This document shows, in pieces, positions 16,331 through 29,051 of a stretch of DNA of 64,000 bases. Position 1 is the stretch's first letter. Every line of letters starts with the position of its first letter. The notes under the pieces were generated by a model, which worked only from the letters and a program-made list of their open reading frames with translations, had not been told where the DNA came from and ran no database searches. Source of the stretch: Hydrogenophilales bacterium (lineage in GTDB: Bacteria; Pseudomonadota; Gammaproteobacteria; Burkholderiales; Thiobacillaceae); the NCBI GenBank assembly GCA_016719465.1, contig JADJYY010000019.1, positions 5,136 through 69,135 of the forward strand. Direction: 5' to 3'. The translations under genes and the position numbers were made by a program.

Positions 16331-16602
16331 GCGGCGTCTAAATAATATAAATGCTATTTTACTGATGGTTACGTAGCGCTTATCAACAATCACGTGAACT
16401 TTGTATGTTTACATGCTATTCACTTTGTTTTTAATTTTGATAACTCTGTTTTCACTATCACCCCCCTCGCGAAGCGCCTCGCCTCTTCGGATGAGACCGC
16501 ATCGCCACATCCAGGACGGGATTCTTTTCTGGAGATAAGAGTCTAATTGACGCTTTTGACCTGGGGAATTAGCGTGACCGCACTCATCCAGATGCCTCCG
16601 TC

Positions 16603-17928
16603 ATGAACAGCAAACGCAAACCGATAGTCGTCCTTCTGAGCGGCATGATGCTCGCGTCTCTAGCCATCGTGGCGGCCGATAGCGCATGGAGCGAGGCCCC
16701 CGGCAAGAGCATCGGCAAGAAAACCACCGCCAAGAAGCCCGCCACCAAGAAACCCGCGACGAGGAAATCCAGGCCGGCCGAAACCGGTGTCCTCAAATCC
16801 GCCCCCGCGGCCACCCCCGCCGCCAAGGTCGTCACCAGCCCCGTCAACAAGGTTGAAGTGGCGCCCCCGACCAATCTGCAAGCCTCCGGCACCCTGGCTT
16901 CCGCGCCCAGGGCCATTGCCGCCCCATCGCAAGCCGCCGCCGCAAGCCCCGCCCCCCAGCCCCGGGTACCGGTGCCGACGAACCCCTACCTGACCGTACC
17001 CCAGGCCAATCCCTGGAATGTGGGGATCGTGAAGGCACCGATACCGCCGAACCCCTACGCGAATCCATACCTGGCCTATCGCCAGGCCCCCCTGCCGGCG
17101 GCTCCCACGCCCTGGTCCGCCCCCGTTTTCCAGGCGGCCCCCTATGGCGCGCCGACCTGGGTCAATCCCTTCCTTGCCTTTCAGTTCCCGGCCTTGCCCT
17201 TCCCGGCACCGGTGGCGCCGGCACCCCAGGTTCTCCAGGCGCCCCCCATCATGCCGCCGGCGGTGATCAATCCCTATCTGGCTTACCGGCTCCCGCCAAC
17301 CCAGCCAAACCCGCCGACCCCCTGGACCGCGCCGGCCAGCCAGCCAGCCCCATTCCCGGTTCCAGCCTGGATCAATCCCTTCCAGGGCGCCCAGCAGGCG
17401 ATGATTCCAGTCGTTCCCACGTTGCCGGCATTGACCCCGCCCAACTGGTCCGGCAATCCCTATCTGGCCTATCAACGCCCGCCCGCTCCGGTGCCGGCCA
17501 TCGCTTCCCCGGCGCCCTCCCCGGCGAAACCCATGGCCATCGCTCCGGCCCCCGCGCCCCAGGCCGCCCCCGCCACGCCTTCGCAGTCGGCTGATCAGGG
17601 CGTCACCCCCTGGACCATCCCCTCCCCTCCCCTAACCCGGAAACCCGCGGATAACGTGGCGAGTTCCCTTGTCCCGTCATTGGACGGCCTGAAATCCAGC
17701 CTATTAGCGAGCATCCCCCCCATGGATCAGGCCATCCTGCCGGTGGTCAAAACCGTTTATCCGACGGGGGAGAAACCACTGAAGGTATTGACGTTCAAGT
17801 GCCCGACCGAACTGGTGGGCGTTACGCCTCTGCCGACCAAGGCCCTGCATGAACTGGTGAATCTGGCCATGGACGGCATCAACAGCACCGACCTGCTGCC
17901 CTTCAACATGCAGCAGGTCTGTCAGTAA
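16603..17928 (+). CDS. Secreted proline-rich repeat protein of unknown function
   Basis: 441-aa ORF with high GC3. Its parts are:
- a signal-like N-terminus MNSKRKPIVVLLSGMMLASLAIVAADSAWS
- a Lys/Pro/Ala-rich tract
- three NPYLAY(R/Q) motifs, two of them heading full ~60-70-aa repeats and the third a truncated unit
- a ~65-aa non-repetitive C-terminal domain with 2 Cys. Confidence 0.7.
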   Translation: MNSKRKPIVVLLSGMMLASLAIVAADSAWSEAPGKSIGKKTTAKKPATKKPATRKSRPAETGVLKSAPAATPAAKVVTSPVNKVEVAPPTNLQASGTLASAPRAIAAPSQAAAASPAPQPRVPVPTNPYLTVPQANPWNVGIVKAPIPPNPYANPYLAYRQAPLPAAPTPWSAPVFQAAPYGAPTWVNPFLAFQFPALPFPAPVAPAPQVLQAPPIMPPAVINPYLAYRLPPTQPNPPTPWTAPASQPAPFPVPAWINPFQGAQQAMIPVVPTLPALTPPNWSGNPYLAYQRPPAPVPAIASPAPSPAKPMAIAPAPAPQAAPATPSQSADQGVTPWTIPSPPLTRKPADNVASSLVPSLDGLKSSLLASIPPMDQAILPVVKTVYPTGEKPLKVLTFKCPTELVGVTPLPTKALHELVNLAMDGINSTDLLPFNMQQVCQ

Positions 17929-18015
17929 TCGGCTTGGCAAGCGCCATAGCCCCAGCAGGGAACCGATCGGGATAAGACGAGCCTGATAAGCTGGCATATC
18001 GCCAGGGCTTATCCC

Positions 18016-20432
18016 ATGAATCCGCCTCCAACCCGCCAGGTCATCGAACTGCCCATTTCCGGCATGACCTGTGCCGCCTGTTCCACCCGGCTGGAGAAGA
18101 ATCTGAACCGGCTGGAGGGGGTGAGCGCCAGCGTCAACCTGGCCACGGAGAAGGCGCGGGTGGAATTCGATCCGGCCCTCGCCGACCCCGCCACCATCGC
18201 CGAGCAGGTCAGGAAAACCGGCTTCTCGGTGCCGGCCCAGACCCTGGACCTGGCGATTTCCGGCATGACCTGCGCCGCCTGCTCCACCCGCCTGGAGCGG
18301 GTGCTGAACCAGATGCCCGGCGTCGAGGCGCGGGTCAATCTGGCCACCGAGAAGGCCCGGCTGCGCTACACCCCGGGCCTGGCCAGTGCCGACGATCTGG
18401 TGGCCGCCGTGGCCCGCGCCGGCTTCGCCGCCAGCCCCATCACCGAAGCCAGCCGGGCCGAGGAAAAGGCGCGCAAGGCCGCCGAGTACCGCAACGAGTT
18501 GCGCGTCTTCCTCATCGCCGCCCTCTTCACCCTGCCCCTGCTGGCGCAGATGGTGCCCATGCTGGGCGGTGCCCACCATGTGGAATGGATGCCGCCCTGG
18601 CTGCAATGGCTGCTGGCCACCCCGGTGCAGTTCTGGGCCGGCCACCGCTTCTACACCGGCGCCTGGAACAGCCTGCGCGGCGGCGGCGCCAACATGGATG
18701 TGCTGGTGGCCCTGGGCACCAGCGCCGCCTATTTCTTCAGCGTGGCCGTCATCCTGCTGGGGCTGGACAGCCACGTGTACTTCGAGGCCAGCGCCGCGGT
18801 GGTGACCCTGGTGCGGCTGGGCAAGCTGCTGGAAGCTCGGGCCAAGTCCAGAACTTCCGCCGCCATCGAGCAACTGCTAGGCCTGCAGCCCCGCACCGCC
18901 TGGGTGGAGCGGGAAATGCGGGCGGCGAAGCCGTGGAGGTGGAAGCCGCTCTGCTCAAGGTCGGCGACGTGGTTCGGGTGCGGGCCGGCGAACGGGTACC
19001 GGTGGACGGGCGGGTGCTGGACGGCACCTCCAGCCTGGACGAGAGCCTGCTCACCGGCGAAAGCCTGCCGGTGGCCAAGGCGGTAGGTGACACGGTGCAC
19101 GCCGGTACCCAGAACCTGGACGGCACCCTGCGCGTCCGCGCCGAGGGCGTCGGCGCCCACACCCAGCTCATGGAAATCGTGCGCCTGACCGAGGCGGCCC
19201 AGGGCTCCAAGGCCCCCATCCAGAAGCTGGCGGACCGGATTTCCGGCGTCTTCGTGCCAGCGGTGATCACCATCGCCACCCTCACTTTCGCGGGCTGGTG
19301 GTGGGCCTCGGGCGATTTCACCCAAAGCCTCATTCCCGCCGTGGCGGTGCTGGTCATCGCCTGCCCCTGCGCCCTGGGCCTGGCCACGCCCACGGCGGTG
19401 ATGGTGGGCCTGGGTCGGGGCGCTCAACTGGGCATCCTGGTGCGCTCGGCGGAAGCCCTGGAGCGGGCGGAGAAGCTGGCCGTCCTGGCCCTGGACAAGA
19501 CCGGCACCCTGACCGAGGGAAAGATGGCCCTGGTGGGCCTCACTCCGGCCTCGGGCCTCTCGGAAGAAGCGCTGCTGCGTCTGGCTGCCGCCCTGGAACA
19601 GGGCAGCAGCCACCCCATCGCCCGGGCGGTTCTGGCGGCGGCCGGGGAACGGGGCCTGAGCCTGCCCAAGGTGGAGGGGTTCGAGAACCGGCCGGGTGAA
19701 GGGGTGGTGGGCCTGGTGGAGGGGCGGAAGCTCCGCCTGGGCTCGCTTGCCGAGTCCATCCCATCCCCTCCCCCCGCAAGCGCGGGGGAGCGCGGCGCGA
19801 TGGCTGGCGTATCGAGTATCCATCTGGCGGATGAATCCCGGCTGTTGGGCCGCCTGGATCTGGCCGACCGGCTGCGTCCCACCTCCCGCGCCGCCCTGGC
19901 CCGCCTGAGGGACCTGGGCATCGTCCCGGTCATGCTCACGGGCGACCAGGAAACCACCGCCGCCGCCATCGCCGCCGAGGCCGGCATCGCCGACTTCCGT
20001 GCCCGCGTGAAGCCCGGGGACAAGGCCGCCGCCGTGACCGCGTTGAAGGGCGAGGGCCAGGTCGTGGGCATGGCTGGCGACGGGGTGAACGATGCCCCCG
20101 CCCTGGCCAGCGCCGACGTCAGCTTCGGCATGGCCGGTGGCAGCGACATCGCCCTGGAAGCGGCGGACATCACCTTGATGCGGGCCGACCTGAACGGCGT
20201 GGCGGATGCGGTGGAACTCTCACGGGCGGTGATGAGGAAAATCCGCCAGAACCTGTTCTTCGCCTTTTTCTACAACGTGCTCGCCTTGCCCCTGGCGGCG
20301 GCGGGCCTGCTCAACCCGGTCATCGCCGGGGCGGCCATGGCCCTGTCATCGGTGTCGGTGGTGAGCAATTCCCTGCTGCTCAAGCACTGGCGGCCAAAAC
20401 AGTCGTCCGGGCCGAGGGGATCAGTCAGGTAG
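18016..20432 (+). pseudogene. copA: Copper-translocating P1B-type ATPase CopA, split by a 1-nt frame disruption near 18908-18920
   Basis: The gene has two GMTCAACS metal-binding domains. It also has [21 protein letters not shown] and GDGVNDAP motifs. The first 296 codons are in the frame of ORF 18016..19086 and the rest in the frame of ORF 18585..20432. Total span is 2417 nt, which is not a multiple of 3. Confidence 0.85.
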
Positions 20433-21317
20433 GCCGAGCGCCCAGCTCACCCCCACCAGGGCGCCTGTCAGCAGGACAAAATGGGCGGCGATCAGCCAGC
20501 CGTAACGCCTGCCCAGTTTTTCCGGTGGGTGGTTGGAGATCAGGTAAGGCTTGCCCCAACGCGGTTTGGCGAGGAAGTGACGGGTGGGCTGGGCGCGGAT
20601 TTCCCGATGGCGTTGTTCCACTTCCCGCTCGGCGGCGCGCCGGGCGAGGTCCCATTCCCTTGCGTCGATGGCCCCGTTGCCGTCCAGGTCGAAGCGACCG
20701 TACAGATCCGTCTGGTCGGCCTTCCATTCCCCGAGCAACTCGCCCACGTCGCGGCGCCGGTCGAGCGGGACATGCTCGCCGTTGTCGCTACGGAATTCAC
20801 CCAGGGCATACAGTGAATCGCCCTTGAGCAGGATGTGCTCGGTGGTGCGCCGATCGCCCTGGGTGCGGGTTTCCTGGTGAGCGGCATGGATCTCGGCGCC
20901 GCGGGGATCGACCTGGCATCGACCGGAGCCATCCTCCAGCATGAAAGGCAAATCGCTTTCCCCATGTTCGATCTGCTTCCACTCGCCGTTGTCCCGCTCT
21001 TCCATCGTGTAGCGATACCAGAGGCAGGGCAATTGGCTAAGGGGGCTGAGGAGCTGGGTGTCGGCCAGGGGCTGGCCGGTGCCGACGAGTTCCACATAGC
21101 CCTGGGCGGCGGATGCCACGCGCGAGGTGGGCGTGTCCTGGATCGCCCGGCGCCGGCCCAGAGCGATGAGCCAGGCCCAGAGATTGATGAGCACCGCGAG
21201 GGTAAAGGCCAGCAGCCAGAGCCGATTGGAATCCGACTGGGCGGCGATGCCGAAGGGCACCACCTGCAGGAAGAAGGGCAGCGAGTCGGTGCGCCAGCGC
21301 CCAATCCTGATGCGCAT
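20421..21317 (-). CDS. GIDE-domain membrane protein with a canonical EF-hand loop
   Basis: 298 aa from the internal ATG ([11 protein letters not shown]...). It has two N-terminal TM segments and one C-terminal TM segment. The [21 protein letters not shown] motif is typical of bacterial GIDE proteins (from memory). [12 protein letters not shown] fits the DxDxNGxIxxxE pattern. Confidence 0.7.
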   Translation of the reverse strand: MRIRIGRWRTDSLPFFLQVVPFGIAAQSDSNRLWLLAFTLAVLINLWAWLIALGRRRAIQDTPTSRVASAAQGYVELVGTGQPLADTQLLSPLSQLPCLWYRYTMEERDNGEWKQIEHGESDLPFMLEDGSGRCQVDPRGAEIHAAHQETRTQGDRRTTEHILLKGDSLYALGEFRSDNGEHVPLDRRRDVGELLGEWKADQTDLYGRFDLDGNGAIDAREWDLARRAAEREVEQRHREIRAQPTRHFLAKPRWGKPYLISNHPPEKLGRRYGWLIAAHFVLLTGALVGVSWALGLPD

Positions 21318-21350
21318 CGTTACCGTGCACGTCGCGGAGCGACGCCTGAA

Positions 21351-21397
21351 GCTCCCCGCTCTCGCGGGCGGGAGAGGGGCCGGGGGGTGAGCAAGGG
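21351..21397. repeat. Family-B-like G/C hairpin repeat in lemA-GIDE spacer
   Basis: gctccccgctctcgcgggcgggagaggggccggggggtgag. It is followed by the perfect palindrome CGCGAAGCATGCTTCGCG and the hairpin CCTTGGC..GCCAAGG. Confidence 0.5.
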
Positions 21398-21518
21398 GTT
21401 TCGCGAAGCATGCTTCGCGCCTTGCGAACGGCCTTGGCGGATAAGCCAAGGCGCGCCCCGCAAGGGAGGGAACGGACCGGCGAGGTTCATGCCTCGGTGT
21501 GGCTCGTCGCCATGACCG

Positions 21519-22088
21519 TTAGCCGAACAGGGCCTTCACATCCACGTCCTTCCTATCTTCCTCGCTGAAGGTGAGCAGGGGCTTGGCGGCGAAGCCGAAC
21601 AGGCGGGCGACGAAGTTGTCGGGGAACTGCTCGATGCGCACGTTGTTGATGTTGACGCTGTCGTTGTAGAACTCGCGCCGATCGGCGATGGCGTCCTCCA
21701 GGCCGGAAATGCGCTGCATCAGCTGGTTGAACTGTTCGTTGGCGCGCAGTTCGGGATAGGCCTCGACCACCGCGAATATCTGTCCCAGCCCGGCGCGCAG
21801 GGCGCCTTCCGCCAGGCCCAGGGCGGGGATGTCCTGGGCCTGGCTGGCGGTCTGAACCCGGGCCCGGGCCTCGGTGACCCTCCGCAAGGTCTCCTGTTCG
21901 AACTGCTTGTACTGGCGGCAGGTTTCCACCAGCTTGGGCAACTCGTCATGACGCTGCTTGAGCAGCACGTCGATGTTGGACCAGGCCTTGGAAACGTTGT
22001 GCTTGATCTGGACCAGGGCGTTGAAGATCACCACGCCATAGATCAGCGCGATGAGGACCAGAACCCAGAAGATGATGGCGGTGGACAT
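21519..22088 (-). CDS. lemA: LemA family membrane protein
   Basis: 189-aa ORF with an N-terminal TM helix and the LemA-like core NALVQIKHNVSKAWSNIDVLLKQRHDELPKLVE. There is a strong SD (AGGAGGAAAG) upstream. Confidence 0.88.
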   Translation of the reverse strand: MSTAIIFWVLVLIALIYGVVIFNALVQIKHNVSKAWSNIDVLLKQRHDELPKLVETCRQYKQFEQETLRRVTEARARVQTASQAQDIPALGLAEGALRAGLGQIFAVVEAYPELRANEQFNQLMQRISGLEDAIADRREFYNDSVNINNVRIEQFPDNFVARLFGFAAKPLLTFSEEDRKDVDVKALFG

Positions 22089-22177
22089 GTTCTTTCCTCC
22101 TTTGACGTTGTCATATCGGCATGGCCCGGCCCGTCTTGAGGATGGTCACCGCCGATGCGGGCCCGGGTCGAGGTAAA

Positions 22178-24745
<2,568 letters not shown>

Positions 24746-24895
24746 GGGGGAAGCTGTCTCTGTAAGGAATTGTTATGGTGGGCGAAAATCCGCGCGATTT
24801 TAGCACGCCCACCCTGCCCCGCCGGCCGAAAAAGTGACTCGAAACCGCCCTTGCCGGTAGCATCCGCCAACCTTATCGTCCGCCCGGAGCCCGCC

Positions 24896-26224
24896 ATGCC
24901 CTCGTCGCCCGACCCGCACGCCGATCTGCGCATCGATGCCGGCTGGATCGTGCCCGTGCAGCCCCGGGGCGAGGTGCTGGCGAACCACAGCCTGCTGGTC
25001 CGCGATGGCCGCATCGCCGCCATCCTGCCCACCGGCGAGGCCGATGCCTGGCTATCCGCCAGCCATGTCCGCCTGCCCGGCCACGCGCTGATGCCCGGCC
25101 TGGTGAACCTGCACACCCACGCCGCCATGAATCTCCTGCGCGGCTATGCCGACGACCTGCCCCTGATGACCTGGCTGCGGGACCACATCTGGCCGGCTGA
25201 AAACCGTCACGTTTCGCCGTCCTTCGTGCGCGACGGCACCCGCCTGGCCTGCCTGGAAATGCTCAAGGGCGGCGTGACCTGCTTCAACGACATGTACTAC
25301 TTTCCGGAGGCGGCGGTGGAAGCCTCGGTGGAGGCCGGCATGCGCATCGCCGCCGGCCTGATCGTGGTGGATGCCCCCACCCCCTACGCCGCCGATCCCG
25401 ACGACTACCTGAACAAGGGCCTGGCGACGCGGGATGCCTGGCGCGACCACCCCCTGGTCCAGTTCTGCCTGGCGCCCCACGCTCCCTACACGGTGGGCGA
25501 CCGCAGCCTGGAAAAGATCGCCATCTACGCCGCCCAGCTGGATCTACCGGTGCACATGCACATCCATGAAACCGAGGACGAGATCCGCCACGGCCAGGAA
25601 AAATACGGCCCGCGCCCCCTGGCCCGGCTCAAGGCGCTTGGCCTGCTGGGGCCCGGGCTGGTGGCGGTGCATGCCGTGCATCTCAACGACGAGGAAATCG
25701 GCTGGCTGGCGCAACACGGCTGCCATGTGGCCCACTGCCCGGCCTCCAACCTCAAGCTGGCCAGCGGCTTCGCCCCGGTAGCGCGGCTGCTAGCCGCCGG
25801 CGTCAACGTCGGCGTGGGCACCGATGGCGCGGCCAGCAACAACCGGCTGGACCTGTTTTCCGAGATGCGGCTCACCGCTACCCTGGCCAAGTGTGTCGGC
25901 GGCGATCCCTCCACCCTGCCCGCCCACCGGGCCCTGGAAATGGCCACCCTCGCCGGCGCCCGGGCCCTCGGCATGGAACAGCGCATCGGCTCGCTGGAGG
26001 TCGGGAAAATGGCGGATGTCATCGCCGTGGATCTGGCCGGGGTGGCGACCCAGCCGTGCTACGACCCGATTTCCCAGTTGGTCTACAGCGCCGGCAGGGA
26101 ACAGGTCAGCCACGTCTGGGTCGGCGGCACGGCCGTGCTGGAACATGGCCAGAGCCTGCTGCTGGATGAGGCGGACGCCCTGGCCCGAGCCCATGCCTGG
26201 CGCGGAAAAATCGCGGGCAAATAG
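24896..26224 (+). CDS. mtaD: Amidohydrolase of the MtaD / TRZ-ATZ family (5-methylthioadenosine/S-adenosylhomocysteine deaminase-like)
   Basis: 442 aa from the ATG at 24896 (MPSSPDPHADLRIDAGWIVPV...), with an HTHAAMN metal-binding HxH motif. The upstream part of the 1367-aa ORF-track frame is antisense to gyrA. Confidence 0.8.
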   Translation: MPSSPDPHADLRIDAGWIVPVQPRGEVLANHSLLVRDGRIAAILPTGEADAWLSASHVRLPGHALMPGLVNLHTHAAMNLLRGYADDLPLMTWLRDHIWPAENRHVSPSFVRDGTRLACLEMLKGGVTCFNDMYYFPEAAVEASVEAGMRIAAGLIVVDAPTPYAADPDDYLNKGLATRDAWRDHPLVQFCLAPHAPYTVGDRSLEKIAIYAAQLDLPVHMHIHETEDEIRHGQEKYGPRPLARLKALGLLGPGLVAVHAVHLNDEEIGWLAQHGCHVAHCPASNLKLASGFAPVARLLAAGVNVGVGTDGAASNNRLDLFSEMRLTATLAKCVGGDPSTLPAHRALEMATLAGARALGMEQRIGSLEVGKMADVIAVDLAGVATQPCYDPISQLVYSAGREQVSHVWVGGTAVLEHGQSLLLDEADALARAHAWRGKIAGK

Positions 26225-26245
26225 CGCGCCGGGCTCCCCAACCCC

Positions 26246-26785
26246 TCAGTTCGCGTCGCGCCACTCGCCCGGCCCCAGGCCGGCCAGTTGATGGCCGCCC
26301 ACGGCGGCGCGGATCAGCCGCAGCGTGGGAAAACCGGCCCTGGCCGTCATGCGCCGCACCTGGCGGTTCTTGCCTTCGGTGAGCACGATTTCGATCCAGG
26401 CGGTGGGAATGGCCTTGCGGAAGCGCACCGGCGGATCCCGGGGCCACAGGGCTTCCGGCTGCGCCATCACCCGCGCCCGGGCCGGGCGCGTGACGAAATC
26501 GCCCAGGTCCATGGGCCTTCTCAGGGGTTCGAGGGCCTGGTCGTCCGGATCCCCTTCCACCTGGGCCCAGTAAGTCTTGGGCAACTTGTGGCGAGGATCG
26601 GCCAGCCGATGCTGTAGCGCACCATCGTCGGTTAGAATCAGCAGGCCTTCGCTATCCACATCCAGCCGGCCGGCCGCGTACACCCCCGCAATCGGGATGA
26701 ATTCCTTGAGCCCGGGATGTCCATCCTCGGACGTGAACTGGCTCAATACGCCATAGGGTTTGTTGAACAGGATGATGCGGGCCAT
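26246..26785 (-). CDS. rluE: rRNA pseudouridine synthase, RsuA/RluE family
   Basis: 179-aa [20 protein letters not shown]...[18 protein letters not shown], which carries the catalytic Asp motif. Confidence 0.85.
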   Translation of the reverse strand: MARIILFNKPYGVLSQFTSEDGHPGLKEFIPIAGVYAAGRLDVDSEGLLILTDDGALQHRLADPRHKLPKTYWAQVEGDPDDQALEPLRRPMDLGDFVTRPARARVMAQPEALWPRDPPVRFRKAIPTAWIEIVLTEGKNRQVRRMTARAGFPTLRLIRAAVGGHQLAGLGPGEWRDAN

Positions 26786-26819
26786 CGCTTAGTTTTTCGT
26801 TTCTCGATCAGGAGCCATC

Positions 26820-28050
<1,231 letters not shown>

Positions 28051-28070
<20 letters not shown>

Positions 28071-28257
28071 CGGGTGTCGTGACGCGGGGTGGAAGTTCCA
28101 CCCCGAGGCGATGGAGCAGCCCGATCAATTCGTCCGCGATGGGGCCGAGTTCCTCCTTCTGGCGTTCGAGCCCGGCGAGAAGATGCGCGAGTTCGCCTCC
28201 CGGCATGCTCGTGTTCGCCGTGATATCGAGAGGTGGAACCTGATGGGGGGTGTTCAT
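28051..28257 (-). CDS. Hypothetical small protein (68 aa)
   Basis: The internal ATG at 28257 is preceded by AGGAGAGG about 6 nt upstream. GC3 is high by eye. I recognise no family. The 3' end overlaps the icd stop region by 20 nt. Confidence 0.3.
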
Positions 28258-28367
28258 TTTGGCCTCTCCTGCGCCAACGCCTTGTTTGACGTATAGCACA
28301 GGGGGCCAGGATTGGCGGGCGGCAATTGCCCCGCCCGCCGAAAAAACCGGATTACACCGGCACCGAA

Positions 28368-28571
28368 TTACATCGGCTGGATGTTAGAGGCTTGCTTGCC
28401 CTTGGGACCGTCCACCACATCGAAGGTAACGCGCTGGTTTTCCTTCAGGCTTTTGAAGCCTTTGCTCTGGATGGCGGAGAAGTGGGCAAACACATCATCT
28501 CCACCGCCATCCGGGGTGATGAATCCGAAGCCTTTTGAGTCGTTAAACCATTTAACAGTGCCAGTGGCCAT
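28368..28571 (-). CDS. cspA: Cold-shock protein (CspA family)
   Basis: 67 aa: [34 protein letters not shown] (RNP1/RNP2 motifs). Confidence 0.95.
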   Translation of the reverse strand: MATGTVKWFNDSKGFGFITPDGGGDDVFAHFSAIQSKGFKSLKENQRVTFDVVDGPKGKQASNIQPM

Positions 28572-28739
28572 CGAAACCGCTCCTAAACGAAACAAAACGA
28601 TTGACTTGTTCAGCCCGGACAATTGCGGTCCCGAGCCAAACGCCGGCTTTTTACCCGCCAAATAACCGTTCCGTCAATCGGCTTGAAAAAAATCTTCATA
28701 CCGCCACAATCGGCCTGTCATCGCATTCCCCATACATCA

Positions 28740-29051
28740 ATGGCAGTAAGGCATCGCGAGCAGTCGGAGGCGGGCACGGCGATCATCGCAAGCCCGCCGC
28801 CACCGCTATATAAGGTTTTACTTCTGAATGACGATTTCACCCCCATGGATTTCGTCATTCAGGTATTGGAACGTTTTTTTCGCATGGATCGTGAACAAGC
28901 CACGCGCGTCATGCTCAAAGTGCATAATGAAGGCGCCGGGCTGGCTGGTGTCTATCCCCGCGATGTCGCGGAAACCAAGGTTCATCAGGTCACGGATCAT
29001 GCCCGCGAAAACCAGCACCCGCTGCAGTGCGTGATGGAGGAAAACGAATGA
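28740..29051 (+). CDS. clpS: ATP-dependent Clp protease adaptor ClpS
   Basis: 103 aa from the ATG at 28740; [20 protein letters not shown] motif. Its stop overlaps the clpA ATG. Confidence 0.93.
   Translation: MAVRHREQSEAGTAIIASPPPPLYKVLLLNDDFTPMDFVIQVLERFFRMDREQATRVMLKVHNEGAGLAGVYPRDVAETKVHQVTDHARENQHPLQCVMEENE

Noticed and set aside
16660-17475. 271-aa Gly/Arg-rich ORF antisense to the proline-rich protein gene
   Set aside because: It is the complement of a Pro-rich (CCN) coding region, which automatically yields a Gly-rich (GGN) open frame. It has no start context or motifs.
17969-18015. Possible CueR/MerR-type operator upstream of copA
   Set aside because: I see only an 8-bp inverted repeat (GGGATAAG ... 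CTTATCCC) with a 31-nt spacer that abuts the ATG. I could find no -35/-10 pair with the 19-20 bp spacing and central dyad typical of MerR-family promoters.
19745-19800. Family-B-like hairpin (CCCCTCCCCCCGCAAGCGCGGGGGAG) inside copA, encoding [14 protein letters not shown], as a possible third in-frame repeat insertion
   Set aside because: The corresponding loop of the nucleotide-binding domain is no longer here than in CopA proteins as I remember them. I therefore cannot show an insertion as opposed to divergence. It needs an orthologue alignment.
28085-28105. Palindrome of two perfect 10-bp arms around a single central base, CGGGGTGGAA-g-TTCCACCCCG, 15 nt after the icd stop
   Set aside because: No U-tract follows it on either strand and a one-nt loop is sterically unlikely. 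It could be a protein-binding palindrome or a weak bidirectional stop, but the sequence alone does not support either call.
28313-28346. GC-rich hairpin (GGCGGGCGGCAATTGCCCCGCCCGCC) followed by an A-run, downstream of cspA, as a terminator
   Set aside because: On the cspA (minus) strand the U-run would precede the stem rather than follow it. On the plus strand the stem is followed by A residues. It is therefore not a canonical intrinsic terminator in either direction.
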